This document shows positions 49,465 through 61,678 of a stretch of 64,000 nt of DNA, piece by piece. The notes below the pieces were generated by a model that was not told the origin of the DNA, did no database searches, and worked only from the letters and a program-made list of their open reading frames with translations. The stretch's first letter is position 1; every line of letters begins with the position of its first letter. The position numbers and the translations under genes were made by a program. Source of the DNA: Cladosporium halotolerans (lineage: Eukaryota); contig NW_027191474.1 in NCBI RefSeq assembly GCF_011745625.1, positions 124,001-188,000 of the forward strand, read 5' to 3'.

Positions 49465-50052
49465 GGCAGAGGTCGGAACCGATGGAGGTTGATAGCGCGA
49501 CGCGAGCAGATGCACGGCACTCCTGCAGATGTTCCGGAACGATACTTAGAGATCTATCACGTAAACGGTACAAGGCTCCTTTATGGCAAGATCTGACCGC
49601 AAATTGCCGAGTGGATGTCTCGCATTGCTCTGGAACATGCAGTGTGAAGTATCGAGCACAAGCCGTGCCTGGTGCCACGCTGCGAGTTCCCGAGCAGAAG
49701 AATCATGTCAGGGTCAGTAATCAGTGGCTGTTGTCAAACGTGAGCCTAGTCAATTGCGCGCCTGAATTGCTTCAACAGTCTCCGATGCGACTCGCCTTGT
49801 TCACTGCTCAAATCGTTCGTCGTCTGAATCCTGTGCCTCTTCATCCAAACATGCGATTCGTCAATGATCATCACGGCGATGTGAGCGGAAACCTGCTCGC
49901 TCGTTGAAACTAGCCCCTCGTGGAAGCGATTTAGCATCTATTATGAATACATGTGTGTAGCATAGCGCTAGGATCATGGCAACGCTATCAAGCTTAGCAA
50001 GAAACAGGTCTGCAAGTTAGGAATAAGGTAACATCTCAAGAAGTCACCTCAC

Positions 50053-51362
50053 TTAAGCAACCTCCTCAACCATCTTCCCGCCCCCCGAAGCAACCTTGAC
50101 AGCACCCCCGAAGACATCTCCAAGAGGGCTGTCGAGCCACTCGTCAGGGACGGCGACGATGCTGCCCTGCTTGTTGTTGACCCAGCGGGAGTAGAGCGGG
50201 TTGGCCCTGGGCCCGCCGTTCTCGTCTTCCTCGCCGGGGGTCATTTCGGCGGCTTGCTGGGCGGCGATCATTTCGGCGCGGGTGCGGCGTTTGGGGGCGG
50301 GTTTGCTGAGGAGCTTGTTGATTGTTTCCATCTGTGGAGAGTTAATATGTGAGAATTGGGAAAAGTCGATTTGGAATGCATTGTTAGTGAAGGAAAACGC
50401 ACCTTCTCCTCCTCGTTGCGCTTCTCGCTGAGGTTCTTGCGTCGGCGTGCCATTTCCTGTCGGCGCATGGCGTGCTCTTCTACAGACAAGAGTTTCTTCT
50501 TTTGCGCTTCGTTCGAGAGAGCCAATAGTCCAACGTTCTCTTCTTCGTACGCGCCTCGTTGTCTGCGGGTGAGCTTGGTGATGTCTGGCGTGGCGGAGCG
50601 AGAACCGTCGATATCGGATCCGGAAAGGTCGTCGTCGTCCTCGCCCATCTCCTCATCTTCGTCGCCCTCTCCGAGTTCCTCGCCTTCGTCTCCTGATTCC
50701 AGATCCGACAGCTCCTCGTCGTCCTCGTCGGCTTCCTCCAGCTCCTTCGCCTCGACAGACTTCAACGTCCCCGCCGAAGGAGCAGAGACTCTCACACTCG
50801 GCTTGCCCTTCGCAGTCGCCTTCCCGCGCTTGATGACCGGCGGCGGAGGATGGCTGTCCTGCAGCTCGTCCATGTCCTCGTCCTCGCCCTCGGCATCATC
50901 CTGGCTGTCCTCATTCGCCAGCAACTCCTGATCCACCTCCTCGCCCTCGGCATCTTCGTCCTCGTCCTCACCCTCCGCATCCTCCTCTTCCTCCTCCTCC
51001 TCGTCCTCCTCCTCGTCACTATCCTGCTCAACGAACGTCCTGGGATTGCGCGTCGCGCGCGCAGAGCGCACGGCCGGCTTGGGCGTGGCGTCGCTCTCGC
51101 TCGCGTCGTCGGCGGACGGCGACTGGGAGCCCGACAGGGCCTGGCGCAGCTTGGACGGCGCGGCTTTGACGGTCAGCTTCAACGATGAGGCGTTGTTCGC
51201 GCCCGCCGCGCGGGTCACCGAGGCCGCGGGCGGGGCGCGGGGAGGGGGTTTGGGGCGGGAGGGACTACCACTGCGCGTCGTGTTAGCCCTTGCGTACGGT
51301 TGTGCGGCCTCGCGGGCGGCGGAGGTGGGCGCGGCGCGGTTGGAGCGGCGGGTGGGAGGCAT
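50053..51362 (-). CDS. IES2: INO80 complex subunit Ies2 (PAPA-1 domain), 2 exons
   Basis: Acidic linker; TPDITKLTRRQR; AMRRQEMARRRKNLSEKRNEEEK joined to METINKLL across intron 50332-50402. Confidence 0.9.
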
Positions 51363-52129
51363 TGCGGGTGGAGGTGGTGGAGGTGGAGGTGAGGCTGGAA
51401 TTGGTGGTGGTGGTAATGGATGATGTCGGACGGCGGCTCTTGGGTCAGGCGAGCCGGCTGTCGCGCGCGAGCCCTGATGCGCTGCGCCGCGCCTTCCTTG
51501 CCACAGCGTCGGATCGCGGTCGCTTCAGCCCGGTGTGTCCATCCACGCCGCCGCCATGCAATCCTTCCCCTCGCCGCTCCCCGCCCGCCTGCGCGACCCG
51601 ATAAGGTGTTAAGGTAGCAAGGCAGCGACGGCCACGTGACGCGGCGGCGCCCGTTGGACGGCGTCGCGCACTCTCGAGGCAGGCTGCGCTGCGCTGCGCT
51701 GCGTTGGGTTTGGCTGAAATGCACCTACCGAGCGGGAGGAGGCTGATACTGTGGCAGCGCTGTTGCGCCGCCGCCTGCAGATGTTCGCGACACGCTGATC
51801 GGCGAGCCCGACGACGACTTCAGCCGTTTGGCGCTTTCGTAGCTCATTGTCGCGCGCGCGTGGGTGTGTGAGGATGGTATGGAAAAATACAGGGAGAATA
51901 TGTGGCGGGAAAGATGGTGCTGTAATCCTCACTGCAAGGGAGTATGGAAGCTCCAACGGCTCTGAGGCCTGTGATTCGGATGCCTGAGGCACTCAGCGAC
52001 GTCGCTCGTGGCTCTCAGTTGCCGAGGCTCGTTCACATGCGCGACTTCAGCGTTGCCGACGTGTGCGACTTGAATGCTGCGATCGCATTCTGTGTTCCAA
52101 CACCATAATACCTTGACACTCACGCCAGT

Positions 52130-53320
52130 ATGTCCGACAACTCGTCAAAGCCACCTTCCATACCAGCATGGCAACGCGCCCAACAACCTCTGAAGCCGGA
52201 GACAGATGCGTCGCAGTCCGAGCAACAAGCCCGAGATACCGATGCGGAAGATGGCGATGCGCCAGGCCCGGAGGACTCCACACCACAGAATGGCTCCCAG
52301 GATGAACAAACAGAAGAGAAGGCTTCACATGAGCCCCCGCTCTCTGCGGACGAGCGAGCGCAGCAGCTGGAAATAGTCAAAGCCTTCCTAGACGACCCTG
52401 GTGTCAAGGACGAGCCCATCGAGAAGAAGCGTGCATTTCTGGAAAGCAAGGGTGTCACGACAGAGATGATAGATCAAGAGCTTGGTTCAGCATCTTCTTC
52501 GACTTTCAACACCTCCGACTTCGCCAGCTTCAAGCAAACATCTCAACCCCCAGTCGCGCCCCAACCACCCAGAGCCCCCGCGCCACCCATAATCACCTAC
52601 CCCGAGTTCCTCGAAGACGCCCGCAAACCCCCTCCCCTAATAACCCCAACCCGAATCCTAAACGCCACCTACCTCGCCTCCGGCCTCGCCGCCCTCGCCT
52701 ACGGCGCCAGCACCTTCCTCATCAAACCCATGGCGGCCAACCTCACCGACGCCCGCCACGACTTCGCCTCCCACAACCAGACCAAAATCGACGAGTTCAA
52801 CGACCGCCTCTCCAAACTCGTCAGCAAGATCCCCGAGCCCAAAAAATCCTCCGAAGACGCGGCCGACTCCTCTTCCTCCGACACAGAAAGCGTCGCCAGC
52901 GACCCCACCGAGCTCTTCCACCGCGACATCGGCACGCAGACTTCCCCCGCCATCACTCCCCCACCCACAAGCACCAACCTCTCCCCCAACCCCCCCACCG
53001 ACAAGCAGCACGAGCGCCTCTCCATAATCAACTCGCACCTCTCGCAGCTCCTCACGGGCCTCGAAGCCGGCGCGCAGCCCGCCAAAGACCGCCTGGACGA
53101 GACGAACAGGCTGCGCCACGCCCTGGACAACATGATGTACCGCGTGCAGACGGCGAACGCGTGGGGCAGCTTCGGCGCCGCGGGGGAGCAGAAGGCGGGC
53201 GGCGAGACGGAGGATGCGGTCGAAGAGCTGAAGAGGGAGATCAGAGGCGTGAAGGGCGTGCTTTTGAGCGCGAAGAGGTTTGCGCCTGTGGGGACGGTGT
53301 CGGGGAGGGCGGGGAGTTGA
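52130..53320 (+). CDS. PEX33: Peroxin Pex33 (Pex14/17), Pex14 N-terminal domain
   Basis: AFLDDPGVKDEPIEKKRAFLESKGV (Pex14_N-like), PPIITYPEFL, SDPTELFHRDIGTQT, and C-terminal EIRGVKGVLLSAKRF. Confidence 0.82.
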   Translation: MSDNSSKPPSIPAWQRAQQPLKPETDASQSEQQARDTDAEDGDAPGPEDSTPQNGSQDEQTEEKASHEPPLSADERAQQLEIVKAFLDDPGVKDEPIEKKRAFLESKGVTTEMIDQELGSASSSTFNTSDFASFKQTSQPPVAPQPPRAPAPPIITYPEFLEDARKPPPLITPTRILNATYLASGLAALAYGASTFLIKPMAANLTDARHDFASHNQTKIDEFNDRLSKLVSKIPEPKKSSEDAADSSSSDTESVASDPTELFHRDIGTQTSPAITPPPTSTNLSPNPPTDKQHERLSIINSHLSQLLTGLEAGAQPAKDRLDETNRLRHALDNMMYRVQTANAWGSFGAAGEQKAGGETEDAVEELKREIRGVKGVLLSAKRFAPVGTVSGRAGS

Positions 53321-54334
53321 TGGGGAGCTCGGTATGAGGATGATTAGGGATTGGTCACATGATGGATTCCATGAGCGCAGCACCGCCGAAGACGGCTGCT
53401 GCGTCTGACTGTTCGGGGTACTAGGAGGCTGGAGACGCCGAGGTCGAGAAGACTGTGCAGGGCCACTCCTTGACCTTGCAGCATGGAGGGCAAGCTCATC
53501 GTAGCACTACGACGGTACAGTCGCCAGCGACCGCGCAGGTCGAGTAGACGGTCTGCTAGCGCTGCAGTCGCTCTTAGCCCGGACGGCCGTATGCTCACTG
53601 GGCGCGACCTTGATCGACGTTGCAGGCGCAGCGAAGACAGATAAGTCATACACCCAATTTGACGAATGAATAGTAATGACCCAAGCGTCTCTCTTCCTCA
53701 ACAATGGCTCCCAACATGTTCCAAATCGAATCAGTGCCCATTCTAGCCCCCCAAGCCCACCCACCCAAAGAAGCCGTGAGCGCACCCTGCGCAGCCATCG
53801 ATCGAAACCGCAGGCAAAGGAAAACCACATATCTGATCTGGCGAACGAAGATGTAACGAGTCAAGCTCACTCTCCGTCTCCTCACCGCCTCATACCCCAT
53901 TACACAACGCCTCCCTGCCCATGCTCACCCCAAAAGCCCACCCAGCTCCGACGCTGTGAGGTCAAAATAAAGGTCGGACACCCGTTAGCGCCCGCGCACT
54001 ATCCCGCATCCGGCAACTGCGCGAGGGGCGACGGCGAGGTCCCGCTATCAGAACGCTCGGGCCTCGCCCCGTTGCCTGGGATGGGCTTGTTTGCGGGCGC
54101 TTGGACGCGCGGGGCGCGTGAAGTGAGGTTGTGGGGAGCGCGGGGTCGTGCCTTCCTTTTGAGCGCATGTGATTTTTGTTGTTCCTGCTCAGGTGGCGGC
54201 GTATTCACTCACTCACTCCCCTTCTTCGACTTCTTCAGTTCGAGACTGGCTGGTGTCGCTCCCTCTCGCGATCCCCTGCGCGCCTTTTCACAACCCCTTC
54301 ACTCACCACACTGCGCACCTCTTCTGCTGCAGTC

Positions 54335-55943
54335 ATGGCAAAAACCAAAGGCAAGAAACCGCAGAACGTGAGCGATACCTCTGGCTGGACCCACGAGTAC
54401 GTGCGCAGGATCCTGCGCCACGACAACCTGGGCCAGAACTTCTTCACGAGCGTCTTCGGTTGGACTGGCGAAGACTTCGAGGCCGCCGTCGCAGAGGCGA
54501 ACAGCGCAATGCACAAGTGGAAGGTCAAGCCCCGGCAGATCGTCAGGCACCCCGTCTCTATCGGTGCGAAGAGCACCGGGAAGCAAGACAACAGCGAAGC
54601 CGCGCGCAAGCGGCTTGAAAAAGCTGATCGCAAAGGCAACGGCCTCGAGAAGCTGCTCACTGGGCACCACTCTTATTTCAAGCTCCCGCATGAGCGGAAA
54701 TTTGAAGCGCCGCCTAAATGGTTCGACCCGACAATGACTCTCAACGGGCGGGTTGCTGGAGTGCAGTATGATTTCCCGACTATTGTGCAGAAGTTCTTGC
54801 CTTTTGCGTATGAGAGAGAGAAGAAGAGGGGGAATACTGAGAAGAACGCTGCATCTGGCCATGCGACTGCCGCTGGGAAGGTGTCTTCTTCACAGCAGAA
54901 GCCAGCGTTGCCACCGACGCTATGGGATGTCGCTGGTCAAAAGCGGCAGCTCCCTCTTGATGACGAGGCGGCATCCGCTGACTTTGACGGCAACAATGCC
55001 AAGCGCCGCAAGCTGCGTGCAGATGATAGTGATGTCGTAGCGGACATTGACTTCACCCTCGACGACGACGACGACGCCTACGAGCCTCAACTTGCTCTCA
55101 ACGACAACGACACCGCTACTGCGCCCCTCGACTGGCCATCCAACAACCGCACGCACGACAACATCAACACAGACGAAGAGCCAACCCTCTACCACTTTCC
55201 CCCTCACCAGCTCACCAACGTCGAATTGCACATCGGCTGGCTCACCGCCCAAGAAGACGGCACCCTAATTGTAGAGAAAGGCTTCCGCTCCCTCAACACC
55301 TGGCTCGAAAGCGCGAACCCGCTGCGCTACAACGACGACATCATCAAAGAAAGCCTGCGCATTGGGTGGGACTCCGGGTTGCAGATCTTCTGGTTTGACG
55401 ATTACAATCTTGAGCCTTGGGTTGCGGCTGACGTCCATGCGCTTGCGGGCGCGATCGATAGGGTGTCGAGGAAGGCGGACGAGGTCTGCTTGTTTGTTGC
55501 GAGGAGTGCTGGGGTCGTGGGCAGTTTGCCTGTTGAGCAGAGAAGTAGGCGTCAACGCTTTGATGCATGTGCGAACATCGACTGACGCACTCGCAGAGCT
55601 GCAAAACCAGACCGAGCAGACCATCGTCCTCATGCCCGTCGCCGCAGGGTCTCCGGGTTCTGCCACCAAGCTCGTTCGCGCGTCCGGCGAGTCCCCTGAT
55701 GGCCCGCGCACCGTTCGCCATGGAAACAAGCACTACTTGATCCCTGGCATCTCCGTCAGTCTGGCGAAGAAGCTAGGCGAAGCAGTAATGAAGTCACGCA
55801 TTTCGTACGAGTACCGTGACGAAAGCGGCAAGAACGATTCTGACCAGGGCGGTGGTGAGGGTGGTGAGGTTGGGAAGCATGGTGACGATGATGGCGTTGA
55901 CGAAGAGGAGAAATCCGTTGACGAGGAAAAGGACTACCCTTGA
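54335..55943 (+). CDS. Hypothetical protein, 2 exons
   Basis: Long ORF from ATG 54335; intron 55545-55596 (GTAGGC...CTGAC...CAG) continues the frame to 55943; KRRK basic patch; no recognised domain. Confidence 0.7.
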
Positions 55944-56366
55944 GGACTGAAAATCAAGACGAGCTATCTCGAATGCACTCTGATGCTCGGATTGAACAAT
56001 TGATGGTGCGTGCGCACTGTTGCTGATCGCCGTGCACCTCGCTACCGTAAGTCGATAGCCGGTAGTGATCAATGTGCGCTTCGAGAATGTCTCCGTGTTC
56101 CAACACCATGCTTTCATTGTTGCAATCTATGGCGGAGCACAGATGCACACCATTGTCTGAAAGTGCAGGCGTGGAGCCTGCGCCTCCATATGACTCAAGA
56201 CGGAGAAACTCACCAGGTCCACGCACAGTAAGGTTTGACAGATCGAGAGCTGCTTCTCACTTTCTTGATCGCTAGTGCATGGTCATTCTTGGTTGGTGAG
56301 GTGATTATCTGCTTACGATAGTTGCGACAACGAACGAGACCACCCATCGACCCCCCAACGAACATC

Positions 56367-57308
56367 TCAAACAACAGACCGACTAGCCTGCACAACCCAA
56401 TCGTAAACCGTAAAAGTGATCGAACTGCTAAACGTAAGCCTAACCAACCTCGGCGTCGTCGCCTTCCAAAACACGCCCACGCCCTCTGAAGCCAGCATCT
56501 TCCGCGCGCAAGCCAGCATCCCGCTCCCTCCAGCGCCTTGAGTCTGCACGCGCGTCTTGATGTTGTCGAACGGCATGCTGGCGTACACCGTTATCACGCC
56601 ACTGCCGGCGCCCGCAGCGAAAGTGACGACTGACGGACTCGCGTTGGCTCGAATAGTGTCTGATTTCTTGAGCAGGTCGCCCAGAGCGCTGAAAGTCGAG
56701 AAGCGCACGGCGCTGTTCGTGCCTTGCTTGCAGACGACGGGCGCCAGGCCTCGCCAGAATGACAAGATGCCTTCTTGGCGGAGCATCTTGGCGACGAGTC
56801 GGGGTGCGGAGAATGTCGTTCCTTTTGCTTGGGCGGTGGCTGTTGCGTTGACGATGCGGGTTTTGACTGCTTCGCCGGGCGTGACGACTAGGATGCTCTC
56901 GAGGATGCCAGCGCAGAGGCCGGCATATACGCTCAGGAGAGGGCTGGATACGAGCCCAGGGAACAGACGTGGAAGATTAGATCGTGCGGTTTCGAACCCG
57001 AGGAACCGGATACCTGACTTGGCCATGTTGCTGGCCGCCAGCGCTCCGCAGCCAGAGTAGAGTCCTCTGATGCCGGACGTTGCCAATGTTTCGCGGACAA
57101 TGGCAAGAGAGGAGAGGGATTTTGTCGCTGGTAATTGTCGACGAGTCTTGATGTACTCTACGGGATACTATGAGGACGTGTCAGAAGGCCTGTGGTTGCA
57201 CACTTTGACTGACTTCTTCAAATCGTGGAAGCTCACTGTCACTAAAGTCTCGCATCCACCTGCTGCTGCTCCAGCAGCTATACTTGTAGCAACAGAGGGT
57301 TTGCTCAT
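56367..57308 (-). CDS. Mitochondrial carrier, citrate/tricarboxylate (Ctp1-like) type, 2 exons
   Basis: Three carrier signatures (PVEYIKTR, PGEAVKTR, PFDNIKTR); KSGIRF, KQGTNSAVRF and PRLVR contact motifs; intron 57168-57236. Confidence 0.88.
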
Positions 57309-58068
57309 ATTGGGTTCTGCTTCAAGGATCCAATGTCGTATGAGAGAATGCTTGAACGAGAGGATCAGCCGCAGTTGGCGATTTGATAAGAAAATGGGAT
57401 ACAATGCGTTGCCTACTACTCTTCAAAGGAGAGTATCTCCATACTTACTATCTCAGCTCTGGCCTGAGCGCCGCATGTCGGCGCAAGACGCTCTCAACCG
57501 CAGCATGCACTGTCAAGTATCCAAGATCTTGGTGCAAAGAGAGCCGGGACTGTCAGCAACGGAGCTTGACCGAGAAACATTCGCGTCTGTGCTCGATATA
57601 AGATGGTACTCCACTTCGGCACGCTGGAGCCGGTCAGCATCGCAATCGGAAGATGACCGAGATGTAAACAGGCTGTGTTCAGCTCGAGACACAATAGCAG
57701 TTCGAGTCGTTGAGTTTCTTGAACCTGCGTCGGTAAAATGTGAATCCGCGGGGCAGTGCACTTCCAAGGAACGCATCACGCCGCAATTGGAAACGCGATA
57801 TGGGAACTACGGAACGGATACCTTGAAGCATCATCGGAATGAGTACGCTGATTCCCGCGTAGACTCATATCATCGGCGCTGGCACAAGACTTTCTGCAAT
57901 TTATGTTACAGCAATCAAATTCGAGAACGCGAGCACTCAATATCAACGAGATCAACGAAGATAGTACCTTAAATATATTATCATCAATACGCTGATCTAG
58001 CAATAGTCATGTGTATATCGTAATGATTCTAATGCACAGCCTCCCTCCAAGTAATTCCAAGAATCCGC

Positions 58069-59088
58069 CTAGTCGCAGATATCCCAAAGGCTCTTGGCGT
58101 TGGTTGAAAAGACCTTCTCAACGCTGCCAGCCTCTGCCGCCCATTCCAAGCACCTCTCCTCAAAAGGCTTGATATCAAGACCCTCGAAACGGGTGTGCGG
58201 CCAATCGCTGGCAAACACAGCCCGGTCGCTCCGAACGCGGAGGATTTCCTTCGCAACAACTTCCAGCTGAGAGCTCTCGAGCTCGACACGGTACGGCGCG
58301 GAAAATTTGACGTAAGTGTTGCCTTGCTCGAGCAGATCGATCAGAGACTGGAATCCCGTGATCGAGTAAGGGTTGAAAGGCATCGTCGAGTTGTCTGAAG
58401 GCTTCGACGGCTGTGCGAAGTGATCGAAGCACACTTTGACTCCGAGCCCGTCGATGGTCGACTGAAGGCCTGGGAGCAAGTCCATCGACATGTAGATCTG
58501 CAGCATCCAACCGAGCGGCTTGATGATCGCTGCGTACTTGACAATCTCGCTTCTCAGCACCTCGATGTCTGGTGTCTTTTCGGTTGATGCAAGATTGAGG
58601 CGAACACCGCGCACACCGAGACTGTGCCATTCGACGAGAGTGTTGTTGTCAATGTTGGTCGCGTTGAAGACGACGACACCCCGCGAACGATCAGGGCCGA
58701 GTGCTCTGATGGCGTCGAGCAAAGCGCTGTTGTCGAAGCCGTAGATGGATGGCTGAACGACGACGATATTCTTCATGTTGATGGTATTCTCGAAGGTAAC
58801 AGCATCCCAGACAGAGTGAGCTGATGGCGTATATACGGCATCTGCGGATAGCGGATACCGCTCTGGGTCGATGATGTGCATGTGGCCATCCCAGCCATCG
58901 GTGGGAATGCTGGCGTTGGATTCTTGAAGGCCACGAGAATACTTCTTCGGGCCTTCAATCGCGGCCGGTTTTGCTGATGCTCCAGAGAAAAGAACAGCAG
59001 CACGCACCTCGCTGCTGGTAAGGAAGAAGAGGCTGAGAAACGAGTGGTTCACCGTCCTGAAGAGGTGATTTAAAGTTGCGGCGAGCAT
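58069..59088 (-). CDS. Amidohydrolase_2 (LigI/COG3618 lactonase-like) protein with an N-terminal extension
   Basis: Motifs DGHMH, VQPSIYGFDN, GVRGVRLN, DHF, YVKFSAPYR and ASDWPHT. Confidence 0.88.
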   Translation of the reverse strand: MLAATLNHLFRTVNHSFLSLFFLTSSEVRAAVLFSGASAKPAAIEGPKKYSRGLQESNASIPTDGWDGHMHIIDPERYPLSADAVYTPSAHSVWDAVTFENTINMKNIVVVQPSIYGFDNSALLDAIRALGPDRSRGVVVFNATNIDNNTLVEWHSLGVRGVRLNLASTEKTPDIEVLRSEIVKYAAIIKPLGWMLQIYMSMDLLPGLQSTIDGLGVKVCFDHFAQPSKPSDNSTMPFNPYSITGFQSLIDLLEQGNTYVKFSAPYRVELESSQLEVVAKEILRVRSDRAVFASDWPHTRFEGLDIKPFEERCLEWAAEAGSVEKVFSTNAKSLWDICD

Positions 59089-59649
59089 CTTGCTGAATTG
59101 ATTATCGTAAGATCGTGACAGAGCAAGTTTGTGGTACTTGTGTCGATTTCCAGAAAGAGTCTGGAGATGCGAACTGCCGTTCCAGTTTCTCGCAACCAGT
59201 GTCGACCTCGTGCTTAAGAGGCCCTCAAAAGGCCCGAGTCGCCCTACTCCACCTGGCAGACCTTGGTGGAGCCGCGACCGGACAACTTGTGCCGGCCGTC
59301 GACATCGCTGCACGCTCATATCCGGCACTGGAGCATGCCATGTCTTGTTAGCCTAAGTTGCCACAATACTCACCCAGGTGGGAAGTCAGTTCGGAACTTG
59401 ACCGAATGAGTGGGCCGTGCGGAGGACAAGCAGACTCGTGACGCCGAGACGGACGATGACCGAGCGCGCAAACTCCACCTCATCTTTCTCCCCGCATGGC
59501 TTCTCCAGAGATTGTGGGGATGGGGTTATTCATCATACCGTGATCGGATTGAACGGCACGTCGAAAGCGAAGGCGTTCAATACAAATATCACGTCGAGGT
59601 CGGCGTGAGGAACACGGTCTGACTGTCAAAAACAAACACCTCGACGAAC

Positions 59650-61488
59650 ATGGGTAAAACGCCTGCATATTACTACATTGCGCTTGCCTGCATTGCATGT
59701 GCAGGCATACCGAAAGGTGAATAAACACCCCACTCGGTCTTCACGATCGTCAAGCTGACCATTGAGATCAGGCTACGATGAAGGAGGCTTTTCTGCGAGC
59801 ACAAAACTGCCATCGTTCGTCCAAGACTTCAACCTGGTGAAAGCGAACTGGGAAGGCCGGGCATCGGAATTGGCAGATCGAAAGGCCAACATCTCATCCT
59901 TCGGTGTGTTGGGAGCAGCATTTGGATCGCTCATAGCAATCTTCCTCAATGACCGAATCGGCAGGCTGCGTACGTACCAGCTGGCCATTTGCGTCTGGGG
60001 CGCGGGCATTCTCATGCAGATCTTCTCGTCGGGAATCTATGGATTTATGCTGTTTGCGAGGATCTTTGGAGGTCTTGGAGCAGGCTCTTTGACCGTCACT
60101 GCGCCCCTCTTTCTAGCCGAGATCGCCACGGCAAAGAGGCGTGGTCTGATGGTCAGCTTGTACATGGTCGTGTTGCTGACGTTCTTGACGCTCGGTGAGT
60201 AGCCATGGGCGCAAGATACCAAGTTCCTGTACTGACTCCCGTTTAGGCTTCTTCATCAACTACGGCGCTGAAAAACACATGGCATCGAACCGCACTCAAT
60301 ACCGCCTCGTGCAGGGAATTCCTCTGATCCCGACGGGGATCGCATTCATCTGCTCATGGTGGATGAGCGACACACCTCGCTGGCTTGCATCTCAAGACCG
60401 ATACGACGAAGCGCTCGCATCTCTTGCACGCCTTCGCGGGTCCGACATGAACGACAACACCGTCCGGGAAGAGTTCGAGCAGATTGAGGCGCAGAGGCGG
60501 CAGAAGCTTGCGGACCTTTCTGGCACGTCGCTGTGGAATGTGTTGAAAGAGATTGTGACGGTGCCTACGTACCGCAGTCGCTTCCTTCTTGTGATGACCA
60601 TGCAGACCATCGCACAGTGGTCTGGCGGCAATGGAATTACAGTGAGTACGCCGAATAAGTGCACACCTCAGGGCATGAACTGACAGCTTCGCAGTACGTA
60701 AGTCGATTTCCGCGGAGAATATCTCTTTCGTCACCTCATGGAGTCGAAAGCTCGCGATTCAAAGACAAAAGCGCTAGACCGCTCAAACGCACACGCTGAC
60801 CGTCGTCCTCTCACAGTACATCCCCGAAATCTTCCAGTACGCCGGCATCGACGGAGAATCCAGCTCGCTGATCTCCTCCGGCGCGTACGGCATCGTAAAG
60901 CTCGTCTTCACCATGGTCTTCGCCTGGGGCCTGATCGACATCATCGGACGCCGGCGCTGCTTCCTGGCCGGTCTCTTTCTGCAACTTGCTGCCCACATCT
61001 ACATGGCCGTCTACATGTCGTACCAGCCCGGCGTCGCGAGCAACAAGTCCGCCTCGGATGCCGCGATCGCGTCGGTCTTCATCTACGCGGTCGGATGGTC
61101 CATCGGCCTGTGCACTGTCCAGTACCTGTACGGAACGGAAGTGTTCCCGACGAGGATCCGCAGCGTCAGCTACGCTTCCAGCATGGCGCTGCATTGGTTC
61201 TTCCAGTTTGCCGTCGTGAGGGTGACGCCGAACATGTTCGTCAGCCTTGACGTGTGGGGAGCGTACATTTTCTGGGCTCTCATCTGCGGCTGCGGCATCG
61301 TCATTCTCGGTCTTTGGGCTCCGGAGACGAAGGGTGTGCCGATGGAGCGCATGGGCGAGCTGTTCAGTGGCCATTGGTGGATGGGATGGAGGGCAAAGCT
61401 CGGCTCTGAAAGTCTCGAGGAGCTCGTGCGGGAGGGTAAGGTCAGCGAGGAGAACGTGACCACGGACACTCGCGTGGAGCGAGTATAG
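59650..61488 (+). CDS. MFS sugar-porter-family transporter (quinate-permease-like), includes a 3-nt exon
   Basis: Motifs GYDEGG, DRIGR, DTPRWL, QWSGGNGIT-Y-YIPEIF, DIIGRR, EVFPTRIR and PETKG. Confidence 0.9.
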
Positions 61489-61678
61489 ATCATTTTGATA
61501 GATCGTAGACATGGAAATTCCTTCTTAGCAAGAAAAAGACAAATCATTCTTGCGAGTATTACTGAGTTATAATCGTACTCATTGCTCCTGTCGCCAAGAC
61601 GTGGTTGCTGAGTTTGCACATGGTCTTCCAAATTGATTAAATACTCACTGAGAGCAATTTTCAATGCCGGAGTCGGCT

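Noticed and set aside
31100..50000. Intact Starship or other autonomous transposon
   Set aside because: No DUF3435 tyrosine recombinase, transposase or reverse transcriptase is visible, and both 5S genes are uninterrupted.
57070..57972. 300-aa plus-strand ORF between the carrier and the amidohydrolase
   Set aside because: Overlaps the carrier antisense, shows no motif or codon bias, and probably spans the carrier promoter.
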